Of a DNA stretch of 64,000 nt, positions 11,999 to 22,778 are shown piece by piece. The notes below the pieces were generated by a model. It was given only the letters and a program-made list of their open reading frames with translations, did no database searches and had not been told where the DNA came from. The position numbers and the translations under genes are program-made. Within the stretch, counting starts at the first letter, position 1. Each line of letters begins with the position of its first letter. This DNA is from Smutsia gigantea (lineage: Eukaryota): positions 172,551-236,550 of the forward strand of contig JAVSCE010011590.1 in the NCBI GenBank assembly GCA_032199065.1. Reading direction: 5' to 3'.

Positions 11999-12314
11999 GT
12001 CAGCTTCAGCTTCCTGTGGTAGGGAGGGAAGGACAGGCCGGTTAAGAGGGTCTCAGAAAGAGGTGAAGACGGGAGGTATCTTGTTCTTTCCACTGTTATT
12101 TCTTGCTTTCTTAAAGATATAATTGACTTTCATGCCACTGAACTAACCTGCTTTCTGAGAATCTTGAGTTTCAGGTATTTGAAATAGATTGAGACCAGAG
12201 AGATCAGGATTGCTTGGGAACAGCAAAGTTAATTATGCCTGGTTTCTAACCATGACAGCTATTTTTGATTCCTATACAAGTAGCCATACATAGTACATAT
12301 CTGTCTTTCCTCAG

Positions 12315-12385
12315 AGTCTGTGAAGACTTTGTTGTTAAAAGGCAAAGCTCCTGTGGACCCAGAGTGCACAGCCAAGGTGGGAAAG
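12315..12385 (+). CDS. PARP2: PARP2 exon 3 ((E)SVKTLLLKGKAPVDPECTAKVGK)
   Basis: Boundaries are tcag|AGTCTG and GGAAAG|gtgaga. The peptide matches the human SVKALLLKGKAPVDPECTAKVGK. Confidence 0.88.
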
Positions 12386-12959
12386 GTGAGATTGCCTGGC
12401 CCATTGTTGTCTCAGAAAGCAGTTGTTCATTTGTTTGGGATTCTTCTCTGATCATTGCTGGTATTCATTTTAGGAATCATCTCCAAAATATTCTCCAAGG
12501 TTAAGAGTGGTGGGAGTACTGGGGTTTGGGATTAATAAACAGAGTGTCTTTTAACATGGTTAGCTTCTGGGGTTGTCATCTGCTTTCCATACCTCATTCT
12601 CTTTCCCAGTTAGAAAATTATATCACAGTCAAGAAAGAACTGTCTTTGTTCTGAGGAGGCTGTGCCCTGGTATGGCATGAGTTACTGATGAATGGGAAAA
12701 TAATTTGAAGAACACAGAACAAAGGCTTCCTCTGGAGCAGAGTCCTTTAGCTGAGTTAGAAGCATTTGTGCTTCTGTGATTACAAAAAGGCAGCGTGTTT
12801 TCATTATAGGAATGACAGGTTATGTGCATTTCTTTCCCTGGAAGATGGATGTTGTTAGTGCTGGATAATGACACTTTGATGCAGAAGAAAACTTAGAACC
12901 TCATTTAGGCGCTCATCAGGGCTGAGACTATATACTAAAATAAGTTTTCTCTTCTCTAG

Positions 12960-13010
12960 GCCCATGTATACTGTGAAGGGAATGATGTTTATGATGTCAT
13001 GCTAAATCAG
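12960..13010 (+). CDS. PARP2: PARP2 exon 4 (AHVYCEGNDVYDVMLNQ)
   Basis: Boundaries are tctctag|GCCCAT and AATCAG|gtaagg. The peptide is identical to the human WGR-region sequence. Confidence 0.9.
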
Positions 13011-14383
13011 GTAAGGGGAAAAACTTCTATTTATGACAATGTCTTTTTGATAATTATGGATGACAGTGTCCCATTGCCCAGGTCTTTATCTTGGAAATCC
13101 CTTATATTGGCCACTAGTGGTTCAGACACTCAAGTACTCAGCCCTAGCACATTCTACCTAATAGTGGAATCCTCCTGAGAAGATCTTCTTGCAGATTTCA
13201 TGTCTTTCTTGAACTTGTGAATTCTCTGTTCATATCATTTTGCACATTTTTAAATTTTTTAATAGATTGTTGGTCTGTTCCAGGAACTTTATACAATATG
13301 GAGAATAGTCTTCTGTCTGTAATGTAAATTGTTATTGTTTTACATATTTGTCAGTTGCCTTTTGAGTTTCCTTGTGGTATACTTTTTGCCCTTATTGAAA
13401 TTTTTAATTTTTATGTAAATTTATTAATTTTTTCTTTTTAATTAACCTTTTCCTCTTTATTTTTCTTTTGAATAGATCATACATTTGCCTAGTAAATCTA
13501 TTTCCTGAATATCTCTTCATATTTGAATTTATTGATCCATCATATATAATTTAAACAGCTACCTAGTATTCTTTTGTTACTATTTCTTTCACTTAAAATA
13601 TCATAAGCAGATAGAAAAGATCTTAAGGCCCCCTTTTGTTCTAATATCCTGTGGCTTTATAATGTGAGCAGGCAGGAATTAGGAAGGGGCAGCACATTTA
13701 ACAAAGAAGAATGGCTGGATAACCAGGGCTCAGCCAGCATTACAGCACAGCGGCCGTTCCTGATCATGGGCCACACACTCTTCACTCTGAAGTACTTAGA
13801 GGATGCATCTTTTTAGATACTAGCCGCATTCTCTCTGAATGTCTCCAAGTTGGTACGTTGGGTATGAGACAGATGTGGCAGTCGTTTCTGCCTATCCTCT
13901 GTCTCCTAACGTTGTTCTTCTTCAGCTCATTGCCAATTGCTGCAGCTAACCGAAACTGTAATTAGAACTATTAAAGAGTAAGTTGTCTAAACAAACAAGC
14001 ATAGTAGTCACAGACCTTGGAGGGCATCAAAATTGTTTCCATTTGGAAAACAATTACTGGGAATAGATTGGGAGCTGGAAAGCACACGTGGCCTAGGAGC
14101 CGAGGCAGGAAAAAACGGGAGACAATCCATACAGGATATTTGAGGTTGGTAGAGAGTTTTAGGAAGTTTCCAGGTTCCAGTTTTAATTCCTAGGAATCTA
14201 AAGTTTAATACTGAAACCCGATTCCTTCCTATCCTTACTGTTAGAGGCACCTGATTTTCTTGCCCCCTGCTGTCCTCCTCAGCAATTACTGGCCCTTGGG
14301 ACCAAGGATGAGTCATTCGTTTAGGTAGCTACTATTTGTGAGCTTCTCTCCTTTTATGTTTGTATTTCTCTTACTCATCATAG

Positions 14384-14480
14384 ACCAATCTTCAGTTCAA
14401 CAACAACAAGTACTATCTAATACAGCTGTTAGAAGATGATGCCCGCAGGAACTTCAGTGTGTGGATGAGATGGGGCCGAG
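14384..14480 (+). CDS. PARP2: PARP2 exon 5 (TNLQFNNNKYYLIQLLEDDARRNFSVWMRWGR)
   Basis: Boundaries are catag|ACCAAT and GGCCGAG|gtaatg. It covers the WGR-domain signature (WMRWGRVG spans the junction into exon 6). Confidence 0.9.
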
Positions 14481-14913
14481 GTAATGACTTCTATTACAGA
14501 TTTTCTGAGTTGTCATTCAAAAAGGCAGAAGCAATTTAGTGAGTAACCAGAAGACCCTCTGGGTTTAAATTGGTAGAATGGAGGCTTTGTAACTTGAGAG
14601 GGGCTTAGGAATCAAATTGTGCTTGAAATTGGGGAATGGCAGTCATCCTCAGTAGGAGGCTCTCATTGGCAGAACTGAGAACAGCCTGTAGAGGCTGAGA
14701 AAGCTCCTGTGGTCACTGATGACCTGGGCAGTTAGCAGGTATCTAATATCAACAGGATTGGATCCCTAAGCCCTTTCACTTTTCCTTTCTTCCCTTCCTA
14801 CCCACATTGTCAGATGCTAAGCAGAGAGACTTTAAAGAGCTGGTTTGTTCCTATTAGAGACTTTTTGGGTTAAGGAGCAGGGAACTATCTTATGTGTGGC
14901 ATTTACTTTGCAG

Positions 14914-14989
14914 TTGGGAAAATGGGGCAGCACAGCTTGGTGACTTGCTCAGGGGACCTCAGCAAGGCCAAGGAAATCTTTCAAAAGAA
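14914..14989 (+). CDS. PARP2: PARP2 exon 6 ((V)GKMGQHSLVTCSGDLSKAKEIFQKK)
   Basis: Boundaries are ttgcag|TTGGG and AAAGAA|gtgagt. The exon is 76 nt and phase-consistent. Confidence 0.88.
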
Positions 14990-15613
14990 GTGAGTGCTAA
15001 GAAATGAGTATAAAAAATACCCTCTTCTTCTTGGATGTTATTTTCTTTAAGAATTTTTTAAGTATGATTTGGCCTAAATGTTAACATCTTTACATTGTGA
15101 CAATTTTGTGACTAGAACACCAAACTGCATCCTTAGGGATTACATCACCTGAAACCTTGAAATTGTCTAAAAACAGAAGAATATAATGTATTTAGCATAT
15201 GACCAACAATTTAGGAAATTTGGGAAAGGGGGTATGAGAATATCCAACTTGAGTTTAAAAAATTCTTTTACTATGACATAGATGAACTTTCTGGAGTCTC
15301 TGGGAACATTTCTTTGAGAGACAGGTATTGGATAGGGATCTTTGTCTTTAATCTCAGTGGCTTTTGTGGTGTTCTGGGGCCTTTGGGAAGCTCAAAGGTA
15401 CTTTTCTCCCATTTTTTGCTCCCTTTGTCTGAAGAGATTTTCTGTCCATTCAGGTCCTAATTCAGAATCCCTATTTATGGAAAGTTGATATGTAAAAGCT
15501 ATGTTACGAGAAATAAAGTTTGGGGGTATTCAGTCTAAGGAAACTATTGTAAGCCCATCTCTAATAACAGACCCTTATTGGTAAAGTTTTTCTCATCACC
15601 TTGGACTCTACAG

Positions 15614-15713
15614 ATTCCATGACAAAACAAAAAACAATTGGGAGGATCGTGAGAGGTTTGAGAAAGTGCCTGGAAAATACGATTTACTACAAATGGACTA
15701 TTCCAATACTCAG
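15614..15713 (+). CDS. PARP2: PARP2 exon 7 ((K)FHDKTKNNWEDRERFEKVPGKYDLLQMDYSNTQ)
   Basis: Boundaries are ctacag|ATTCC and ACTCAG|gtatac. It overlaps the middle of plus ORF 15601..15786. Confidence 0.88.
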
Positions 15714-16428
15714 GTATACTCTTAACTATGCATATGGCGGGGGAACGTTCCTCTTAATCAGGGTGGAGTCTACCAGAATAGTTTAGACCAGATCCAAGAC
15801 TAGAATAAACTAGGATATCTTGAGTCTTGCTGTATCCCACCTAAGTAAAAATTACAGTTCCCTCAGGTAACTTTCACTGAATTTTGTAATCTTAGAGGAA
15901 CTGTAGAATGAGGATAGAATGTGCTTTTCTAGTCTCTACTATTAAGGTTCTTTTATAAAACCTTAGGCTGTTTCCAGAAGCCTAAGGTTATGGATCAAGA
16001 GAAGAGTAATAAATAGTTCAATAAAACTACATTTAAAGTTCTCTTCACTTTTGGTTATATACCACAGTGAAAAAAATAAATTTTGACAAACTGAGGTGCA
16101 ACAAGGATGCTAAAAACTGTCACATATCTGAAAAATGGAGAGATAAAAAGATTTGAGGCATAATAGCTGTGTTTACATATTAACAACATCATGGTAGGAG
16201 AGACTTTGGACTTAATTCTGAGTGTGTAACTATGGGAGGCAGTAGGACTAGAAGGGGACTCACGCTGAGCGCTCTGACTAGCTTAATAATGGAATAGGCC
16301 TGTGTTCAGACCGAGGCTGATGTTCACCCGCCAGGGATGTTACAGAACCAGTCCTTGCAGAGAGCTTAGTAAAGGTCCTCTCAGATGTTATGGTTTTTTT
16401 AACTTTTTATTTTTAATTTTTGCTATAG

Positions 16429-16591
16429 CATGAAGAGGAAACCAAAAAAGAGGAATCTTTTAAATCCCCCTTGAAACTAGAGTCACAGCTAGATCTTCGT
16501 GTACAGGAGCTAATAAAGTTGATCTGTAATGTCCAAGCAATGGAAGAGATGATGGTAGAAATGAAATATGATACCAAGAAAGCGCCACTCG
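16429..16591 (+). CDS. PARP2: PARP2 exon 8 (HEEETKKEESFKSPLKLESQLDLRVQELIKLICNVQAMEEMMVEMKYDTKKAPL)
   Basis: Boundaries are gctatag|CATGAA and CCACTCG|gtagga. This is the start of the PARP regulatory helical domain. Confidence 0.88.
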
Positions 16592-16844
16592 GTAGGACTT
16601 AAGATTCTACCTTACATTCTCTCTTCATGTTTCTTAGTTCTTTTAATGGGGTATTTTAACACCATTATGATTTAAAGTTTGCCGATACTCTGAATGAGGA
16701 AAAAGATTTGGGGTGAGAGGTTGTTTAGGGGGAGGAAGAACTATTTTGGAAGCTGAAAGGTGAGAGCCTTTGTTGGGCAGGTGCATAAATTTAATGTGCA
16801 TGATGGGACCCTGGTTGTCGAGTCTGATCTGGCTGGTCCTGCAG

Positions 16845-16983
16845 GGAAGCTGACAGTGGCACAAATCAAGGCAGGGTACCAGTCTCTTAAGAAGATTGAG
16901 GATTGTATTCGAGCTGGCCAGCATGGACGAGCTCTCACAGAAGCGTGCAATGAATTCTACACCAGGATCCCACATGACTTTGG
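16845..16983 (+). CDS. PARP2: PARP2 exon 9 (GKLTVAQIKAGYQSLKKIEDCIRAGQHGRALTEACNEFYTRIPHDFG)
   Basis: Boundaries are cctgcag|GGAAGC and GACTTTGG|gtaagg. The peptide is near-identical to human. It lies inside plus ORF 16760..16987. Confidence 0.92.
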
Positions 16984-17179
16984 GTAAGGCCTGTGCTGTT
17001 ACTTTACCTTGGTCTTCTATCCAGCCATATCCCCTGCATCACTCGGCAGCAACTATAATCTTTTTAATCTTTCATTTCTAAGGAAATGATCATCTTAAAT
17101 AGATACAGAGCCAAAATGATTTATAGATAGCCTATTTAATCAGCTTGTACATATAGGATGCAAGATTCTAGTCTGATTG

Positions 17180-17525
17180 CAACCATACTCAGGCATGAAA
17201 ATAGAATAAATCTCACAATTTGTGACAACACTCATGAACCTTGAGGGTATTATGCTAAACAAAATAAATCAGGCAAAGACAAATACCATATGACTTCACT
17301 CATGTGGAATCTAAACAAACCAATGAACAAAGAAAAACAAAACCAAATTCATAGATACAGAGAACAGACTAGTAGATACCAAAGGAGGAAGGGGTTATGA
17401 GGTAGGTTACAGGAGTGAAGGCTGTCAACTGTATGGTGAGGGATGGTAACTAGATCTGTAATGATCACTTTGTAGTATATACACATGTTGAATTATAAAG
17501 CCATACATTTGAAACTTTTATTAAA
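17180..17525 (+). mobile_element. Old L1 3'-end fragment (ORF2 C-terminus plus 3'UTR) inside PARP2 intron 9
   Basis: Translation gives ...NLEGIMLNKINQAKTNTI*LHSCGI*TNQ.... The downstream GGRGYEVGYRSEGCQLYGEGW is the characteristic L1 3'UTR pseudo-peptide (compare GKGTGENGWEGRDKREK in the young copies). Confidence 0.55.
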
Positions 17526-17779
17526 AACAGAAAGGATCCTATAAAAACGAATTTTAACTCTAGTCCCAAATGTCAAAATCTCTACAATTTGTCCTACTCA
17601 GTATACATAATATCCCTTCATATGTTTGGAAGTTAAAGTCTACAGATCTCTCTCTCTCAATTGGAAAACCCCAGTTTCTTATACCTGTTTCCGAAAGGAA
17701 CTGTCTTTAGTCTTTTATTTTTAGTCATGTGCCTTTGGGCCACACTTCAGAGAACTCATGGCTTATATGTCTTTCTTAG

Positions 17780-17843
17780 ACTCCACACTCCTCCATTAAT
17801 CCGGACAGAGAAAGAACTGTCAGACAAAGTACAACTGCTAGAG
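17780..17843 (+). CDS. PARP2: PARP2 exon 10 ((G)LHTPPLIRTEKELSDKVQLLE)
   Basis: Boundaries are tttcttag|ACTCC and CTAGAG|gtgaga. It lies inside plus ORF 17661..17873. Confidence 0.9.
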
Positions 17844-17924
17844 GTGAGATATGTGTGGATTGGGAAGTATTAAATATCTTGTCCCAGGTTCCTCCCAAAT
17901 TGATGCTGTATCTCATCCTCTCAG

Positions 17925-18059
17925 GCTTTGGGAGACATTGAAATTGCCATTAAGCTGGTAAAGACAGAGCCACAAAGTCTAGAACACCCATTGGACCAAC
18001 ATTATAGAAAATTACATTGTGCCCTGCGCCCTCTAGACCACGAAAGCTATGAGTTCAAA
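17925..18059 (+). CDS. PARP2: PARP2 exon 11 (ALGDIEIAIKLVKTEPQSLEHPLDQHYRKLHCALRPLDHESYEFK)
   Basis: Boundaries are ctctcag|GCTTTG and TTCAAA|gtaaga. The exon is 135 nt and phase 0. Confidence 0.9.
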
Positions 18060-18313
18060 GTAAGAAAAATGATCATTTTCTAACTTTTAAGCCCCACCCT
18101 TCCCCATCCCACTGTTTTCACTACTTCTGAAAGCAAACTTTTGTATAAAGCAAAACTTCTGTTTACTAGAAATTTGGGAAGTTAGAGCTCTTTCCAACTG
18201 CCTTGTGAGACAATTTGGGAGAAATAAGGTCTGCCACTTTATACCAGAAGGCCTGAGGTTCTTCACCATGGTCTCTATAGAGTCACATGAGCCATTTCTC
18301 TCATTCTTCACAG

Positions 18314-18441
18314 GTGATTTCCCAGTACCTACAGTCTACTCATGCTCCCACACACAGTGACTACACTATGACCTTGCTTGATGTCTTTGAAGTAGAGAAG
18401 GAGGGTGAGAAAGAAGCCTTCAGAGACGACCTTCATAACAG
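18314..18441 (+). CDS. PARP2: PARP2 exon 12 (VISQYLQSTHAPTHSDYTMTLLDVFEVEKEGEKEAFRDDLHNR)
   Basis: Boundaries are cttcacag|GTGATT and CATAACAG|gtctca. It lies inside plus ORF 18287..18583. Confidence 0.9.
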
Positions 18442-18603
18442 GTCTCAGTTTAATTTTGGATTTGGAAAGATAATCCCTTGTTTGAAGTACAGTCACGGAA
18501 ATTATAGAGAAGCGTGGCAGGGGCAACTGTTGGCTTTTTTATGCTTATGGCTTATGTTTGCAGGAGAGCAACAGAAAGTATAATAATAATGGCTTTTCAT
18601 TAG

Positions 18604-18703
18604 GATGCTGTTATGGCATGGTTCCAGGCTGAGTAACTGGGTGGGAATCCTGAGCCATGGGCTTCGAGCTGCTCCACCTGAAGCACCCATCACAGGCTGC
18701 ATG
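18604..18703 (+). CDS. PARP2: PARP2 exon 13 ((R)[33 protein letters not shown]): start of the ART catalytic fold, contains the conserved H-G-S motif
   Basis: Boundaries are cattag|GATGCT and TGCATG|gtgagt. The motif LWHGSR is the PARP nicotinamide-pocket His-Gly-Ser. Confidence 0.9.
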
Positions 18704-19059
18704 GTGAGTAGAAATTGAACCCTGGAAAGAGGCACAAAGGAAAAGGGTACAGTAATTTTCTCAGTCTTTTTTTTCTAGATTAGGATTAGGTGGTATCCTT
18801 CCCAAGATTAAAGCAGTTCACCAGTAATGTTGACACTTCTTACTATGTCCCTCTTTCTTTAAATTCCTAAAGATATCCTTTCTTTACCCCAAAAAAGGAG
18901 AGTTCACCAGTATGCCTGCCTTCTCTGGAACAGAATTGTGTGGGGCAATGGAGAAAAGACTATATTGGGTTTTAAGATAATAGAAACACAGGGTCAGTGG
19001 TATCGGCCTTCTTCTAAACAGTGGGTTAAGCAGCTGACCTTGGTGTTTATGTATTTCAG

Positions 19060-19158
19060 TTTGGAAAAGGAATCTACTTTGCCGACATGTCTTCCAAGAG
19101 TGCCAATTACTGCTTTGCTTCTCGCCTAAAGGATATTGGATTGTTGCTTTTATCAGAG
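19060..19158 (+). CDS. PARP2: PARP2 exon 14 ([33 protein letters not shown]): catalytic, contains the conserved GIYFAD / SKSANY block
   Basis: Boundaries are atttcag|TTTGGA and TCAGAG|gtgagg. The exon is 99 nt. Confidence 0.92.
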
Positions 19159-19399
19159 GTGAGGCAGGAACACATCCATGGTCTCTCTTATTAGTTCCTG
19201 TTTTCTACAGAGAAAAGTTTGATCCCAGAACCGAGCAGTTCACCTGGGAGAACTTGAGAGAGGAGTCAAGGCAATTTCCGTTGCCTTGGATCCCTCTGCT
19301 GGTGCAGGGCACGCAAGGACTGATGGGATTTTCCATTTTGACTAAGAGTCATCCAAATTCCAGTAGGATGTGGGCCTTCAAGCAGCTTTTGCTTTGCAG

Positions 19400-19524
19400 G
19401 TAGCTCTGGGTCAGAGTAATGAGCTGCTAGAGGCCAATCCTGTGGCAGAACGGTCACTTGAAGGCAAGCACAGCACCAAGGGGCTGGGTAGGATGGCTCC
19501 CAGTCCCGCCTCCTTCATCACCCT
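19400..19524 (+). CDS. PARP2: PARP2 exon 15 (VALGQSNELLEANPVAERSLEGKHSTKGLGRMAPSPASFIT)
   Basis: Boundaries are tttgcag|GTAGCT and CACCCT|gtaagt. It lies in the frame of reverse-overlapping noise ORFs but is supported by human homology (SEVALGQCNELLEANPKAEGLLQGKHSTKGLGKMAPS). Confidence 0.88.
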
Positions 19525-19643
19525 GTAAGTCTCAGAACCTGGAGGGCTAGAAGGCCCTTTCTGGCCAGATAATACACTCTACTTTCTGTAGTCCAGCTTC
19601 TGAACCAGAGGCAGACATTGACCCACTTTCTTCCCTTTGGCAG

Positions 19644-19803
19644 GAATGGGAGTACAGTGCCCTTAGGACCAGCAAATGACACAGGAATTCTAAATCCGGA
19701 GGGTTATACTCTCAACTACAATGAATTTGTTGTCTATAGCCCCAACCAGGTCCGTATGCGGTACCTTCTAAAGATTCAATTTAATTTCCTGCAGCTGTGG
19801 TGA
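19644..19803 (+). CDS. PARP2: PARP2 exon 16, final coding exon ((L)NGSTVPLGPANDTGILNPEGYTLNYNEFVVYSPNQVRMRYLLKIQFNFLQLW*): contains the catalytic Glu (LNYNE[F/Y]VVY) and the stop TGA at 19801-19803
   Basis: The acceptor is ctttggcag|GAATGG. It matches plus ORF 19618..19803. The sum of the 16 exons is 1704 nt, or 567 aa, with consistent phases throughout. Confidence 0.92.
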
Positions 19804-19892
19804 AGTTGATATTGACTAAGCCAGAGAAGATACATTCTTCAAGCAAGAATATATACAATTTATAACATTTGAGTTTTCTGATATTTTATGTA

Positions 19893-19898
19893 ATAAAA
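19893..19898 (+). terminator. PARP2: PARP2 polyadenylation signal AATAAA, ~90 nt after the stop; predicted cleavage around 19,915-19,925
   Basis: taATAAAaatagtacacatc is followed by a GT/T-rich stretch (ctggcttgtttgggctttatttcttctgttgtt). Confidence 0.6.
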
Positions 19899-20599
19899 AT
19901 AGTACACATCTCACTGGCTTGTTTGGGCTTTATTTCTTCTGTTGTTCGTATATTTTCATTTCCAGGACAGAAAGTGCACGTTTTTCTCTGTATCCCACAG
20001 CCAGCTGCAAGTTACTCAGGATCCTGTTCTTTCACAGCTGAATAGCCTCTGTGCATTGAAGGATGCTAATGGAAACTGATGCTTCTCCCCATTTAATTGA
20101 ATTTTTATGGAAACTGAAGTTTGTTGTGTATTATTGCAGGAAGGGTAGAGGTAGAAAAGGCTGAATTCTTCCCTTTTTCCCATCCAAATCATCTCACTTG
20201 CATTTTTCCCCCAGTTTACCAACTTCAGACCAGGTCTCTGACCACTTAGTATCCTAGGACTCAGCAGATGTCCAGAAGTTTGGGAAGCACTTCCAGGGCT
20301 GTCACTTAGCATAAATACATCTCAGGGAGGAAAGGAGAGAAGAATGAGTTTTGACATACCCTGTTCTATCTAAGACATACCATAGCCCAAGTCAGATCCA
20401 AAGACTTCAGGTTATTTCCAACAACATGCAATACAGATATACACAAACACACTTCCTTAGGTAACTCTGAAGGTTATTTAAATGAACACAGCCTGTCATT
20501 TTTTAGAGACCAGGTTAAAAAATCTATCAAAATTTTAAATGTACACACCCTTTGACCTAAAAATTATAGATGTACATGTTTTTTTATGTCTCTGCAGCA

Positions 20600-21060
20600 T
20601 TGTTATATACAAAAAGATCCATAGATTAGGAACTAGTTAAATATATTCACTCACTGAAATACTATGCCACCATTAAAACTGAAGTAGACTACATATTTTT
20701 CCAAAAAACAAGAAAATACTTACCAACACATTTTATGAGGCAGCATGAAGCCAAACCCAGATAAAGATACCACTGGGAAAGAAAAATAGAGCAATATCCC
20801 TTAAGAACATAGATGCAAAATAAAATACTACCAAGCCTAAACTAGCAACAACTAAAAAGGATTATATATGCCAAGTGAGATTTATCATAGGAACACAAGT
20901 TTGGTTCAATACGGGAAAATCAACCAATGTAGGACAGAAACATGACCATCTCATTAGATGCAGAAAAAGTTGTTTGGCAAAATCCAACACCCTTTCATGA
21001 TAAACATTCAACAAACTAAGAATGGAAGGAAGTTCTTCAACCTGATAAAGGACATCTATG
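20600..21060 (+). mobile_element. Ancient L1 ORF2 (reverse-transcriptase region) remnant
   Basis: gatgcagaaaaagttgtttggcaaaatccaacaccctttcatgataaacattcaacaaactaagaatggaagg reads [17 protein letters not shown]..LNKLGIEG, the RT-domain motif. The fragment is heavily decayed. Confidence 0.5.
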
Positions 21061-21426
21061 GAAAACTCACAGGAAGAGTGATGTAAGGGAATGACTCAAT
21101 AAATTAAAAATGGAAAGGAGGGATAAAAACTTAGAAGAATTTCAGTTAATGTAGAAGGCTTGAGGGAAATAAGGGAATCATTACAAAACCACATTATAAT
21201 TGCTGCAGTCAAGATGGATGGATGAATGCGAAAATGAGCCAGTGAAACAGGATATTCGCATAGTTTCAAAAAAAACTATCTGAAAATTCATGGGTTATTG
21301 TGTTATTTCAACATGACCACAAATTCTTTGATCTCTCTCCTTCCTGGAGGTTCAATTACCCTCTGCCTTGAATATGGGCTGGAGTTAGTGACTTGCACCC
21401 AATGGAATATGGAAGAGATACAGTAA

Positions 21427-21443
21427 AAAAAAAAAAAAAAAAA
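21427..21443. repeat. A(22) tract: poly(A) tail of an older upstream retroposon (approx 21,060-21,443), immediately 5' of the L1 insertion site
   Basis: cagtaaaaaaaaaaaaaaaaaaaaactggc. The element body is not confidently classified. Confidence 0.4.
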
Positions 21444-21468
21444 ACTGGCAAACATCTTACCCTAACCT

Positions 21469-21486
21469 TAAAAGTGACCAGGACTG
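21469..21486. repeat. Target-site duplication, left copy (AAAAGTGACCAGGACTGA) of the full-length L1
   Basis: An identical 18-mer recurs at 26996-27013 immediately after the L1 A-tail. Confidence 0.9.
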
Positions 21487-21698
21487 AGGGGACTTCCGAG
21501 AAGATGGCAGCATGACCAGGGCGGCAGAAATCTCCTCCCAACACTATATTTATCTACGAAAATGCAGCAAATGCATCTATTCCTAAGGGAGAGACCAGAA
21601 TACACAGGAAGGCGCACAGCGTGCAGCTACACCCGAGAGGACTCGGCACCCCAAGAGGCGGTCTTAAAGAGCCCAGGTGACATACGTGGCAACTACCA

Positions 21699-22540
21699 GT
21701 GACCAATTCTATAGCCATGAAAAGACAGAGGAATATAGTTCAGACCAAAATCAACCAGACAACCCCAGAGAGGGAGCCTGAAGGGATGGAAATGCACAGT
21801 CTTCCCGAAAAAGAATTCAGAATACAAGTCATAACCATGCTGATGGACCAAAAGAGAAATGTGCAAGAGCTGAGGGAGGAAGTGAGGGAAGTGAGGAAAG
21901 ACAATGCAGAAATCAGACAAGCGATCGACGGGCTGAACAGCAGACTGGATGAGATGAAAGAGACTGTTAATCGAATAGAAATCAGAGAACAGGAGTACAG
22001 AGAAGCTGAGGCAGAGAGAGATTAAAGGATTTCTAGGAATGAAAGAATATTAAGAGAACTGTGTGACCAATGCAAACGGAACAATATTCGCATTATAGGA
22101 GTACCAGAGGAAGAAGAGAGAGAAAAAGGGATAGAACATGTCTTTGAAGAAATAATTGCTGAAAACGTTCCCTCGCTGGGGAAGGAAATAGTCTCGCAGT
22201 CCACTGAAGCCCACAGATCTCCCAACACAGGGACCCAAGGAAGAGAACACAAAGACACATAATAATTAAGATGGCAAAGATAAAAGATAAAGACAGGGTA
22301 TTAAAGGCAGCTAGAGAGAGAAAAAAGATCACCTACAAAGGAAAACCCATCAGACTATCATCAGACTTCTCAACAGAAACCTTACAGGCCAGAAGAGAAT
22401 GGCATGATATATTTAACGTTATGAAACAGAAGGGCCTCGAACCAAGAATATTGTATCCAGCACGATTATCATTTAAATATGATGGAGGGATTAAACAATT
22501 TCCAGACAAACGAAAAGTTGAGAGAGTTTGCCTCTCATAA
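21699..22540 (+). pseudogene. L1 ORF1 (coiled-coil plus RRM-like nucleic-acid-binding protein), interrupted by stops between 22025 and 22271
   Basis: The pieces are 21699..22025 (heptad-rich: ELREEVREVRKDNAEIRQAIDGLNSRLDEMKETVNRIEIREQEYREAEAERD) and 22271..22540 (RERKKITYKGKPIRLSSDFSTETLQARREWHDIFNVMKQKGLEPRILYPARLSFKYDGGIKQF). Confidence 0.85.
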
Positions 22541-22778
22541 ACCACCACTACAGGATATCTTAAATGGACTGCTCTAGAGGGAAGCACACCTAAGGCTAAA
22601 AAGATGTCACCAGAGAAAAGAAAATCATAGCAAAGAAAGCAGACCATCCAAATACTAACTAAAGGCAAAAAATAAAACACCTAGTATATAAAGAATGGCG
22701 GAGGAGGAATAAGAAGGGAGAGAAATAAAGAAACATCAGACTGTGTTTACAATAACTTAACAAGAAAGTTAAGTTAGA

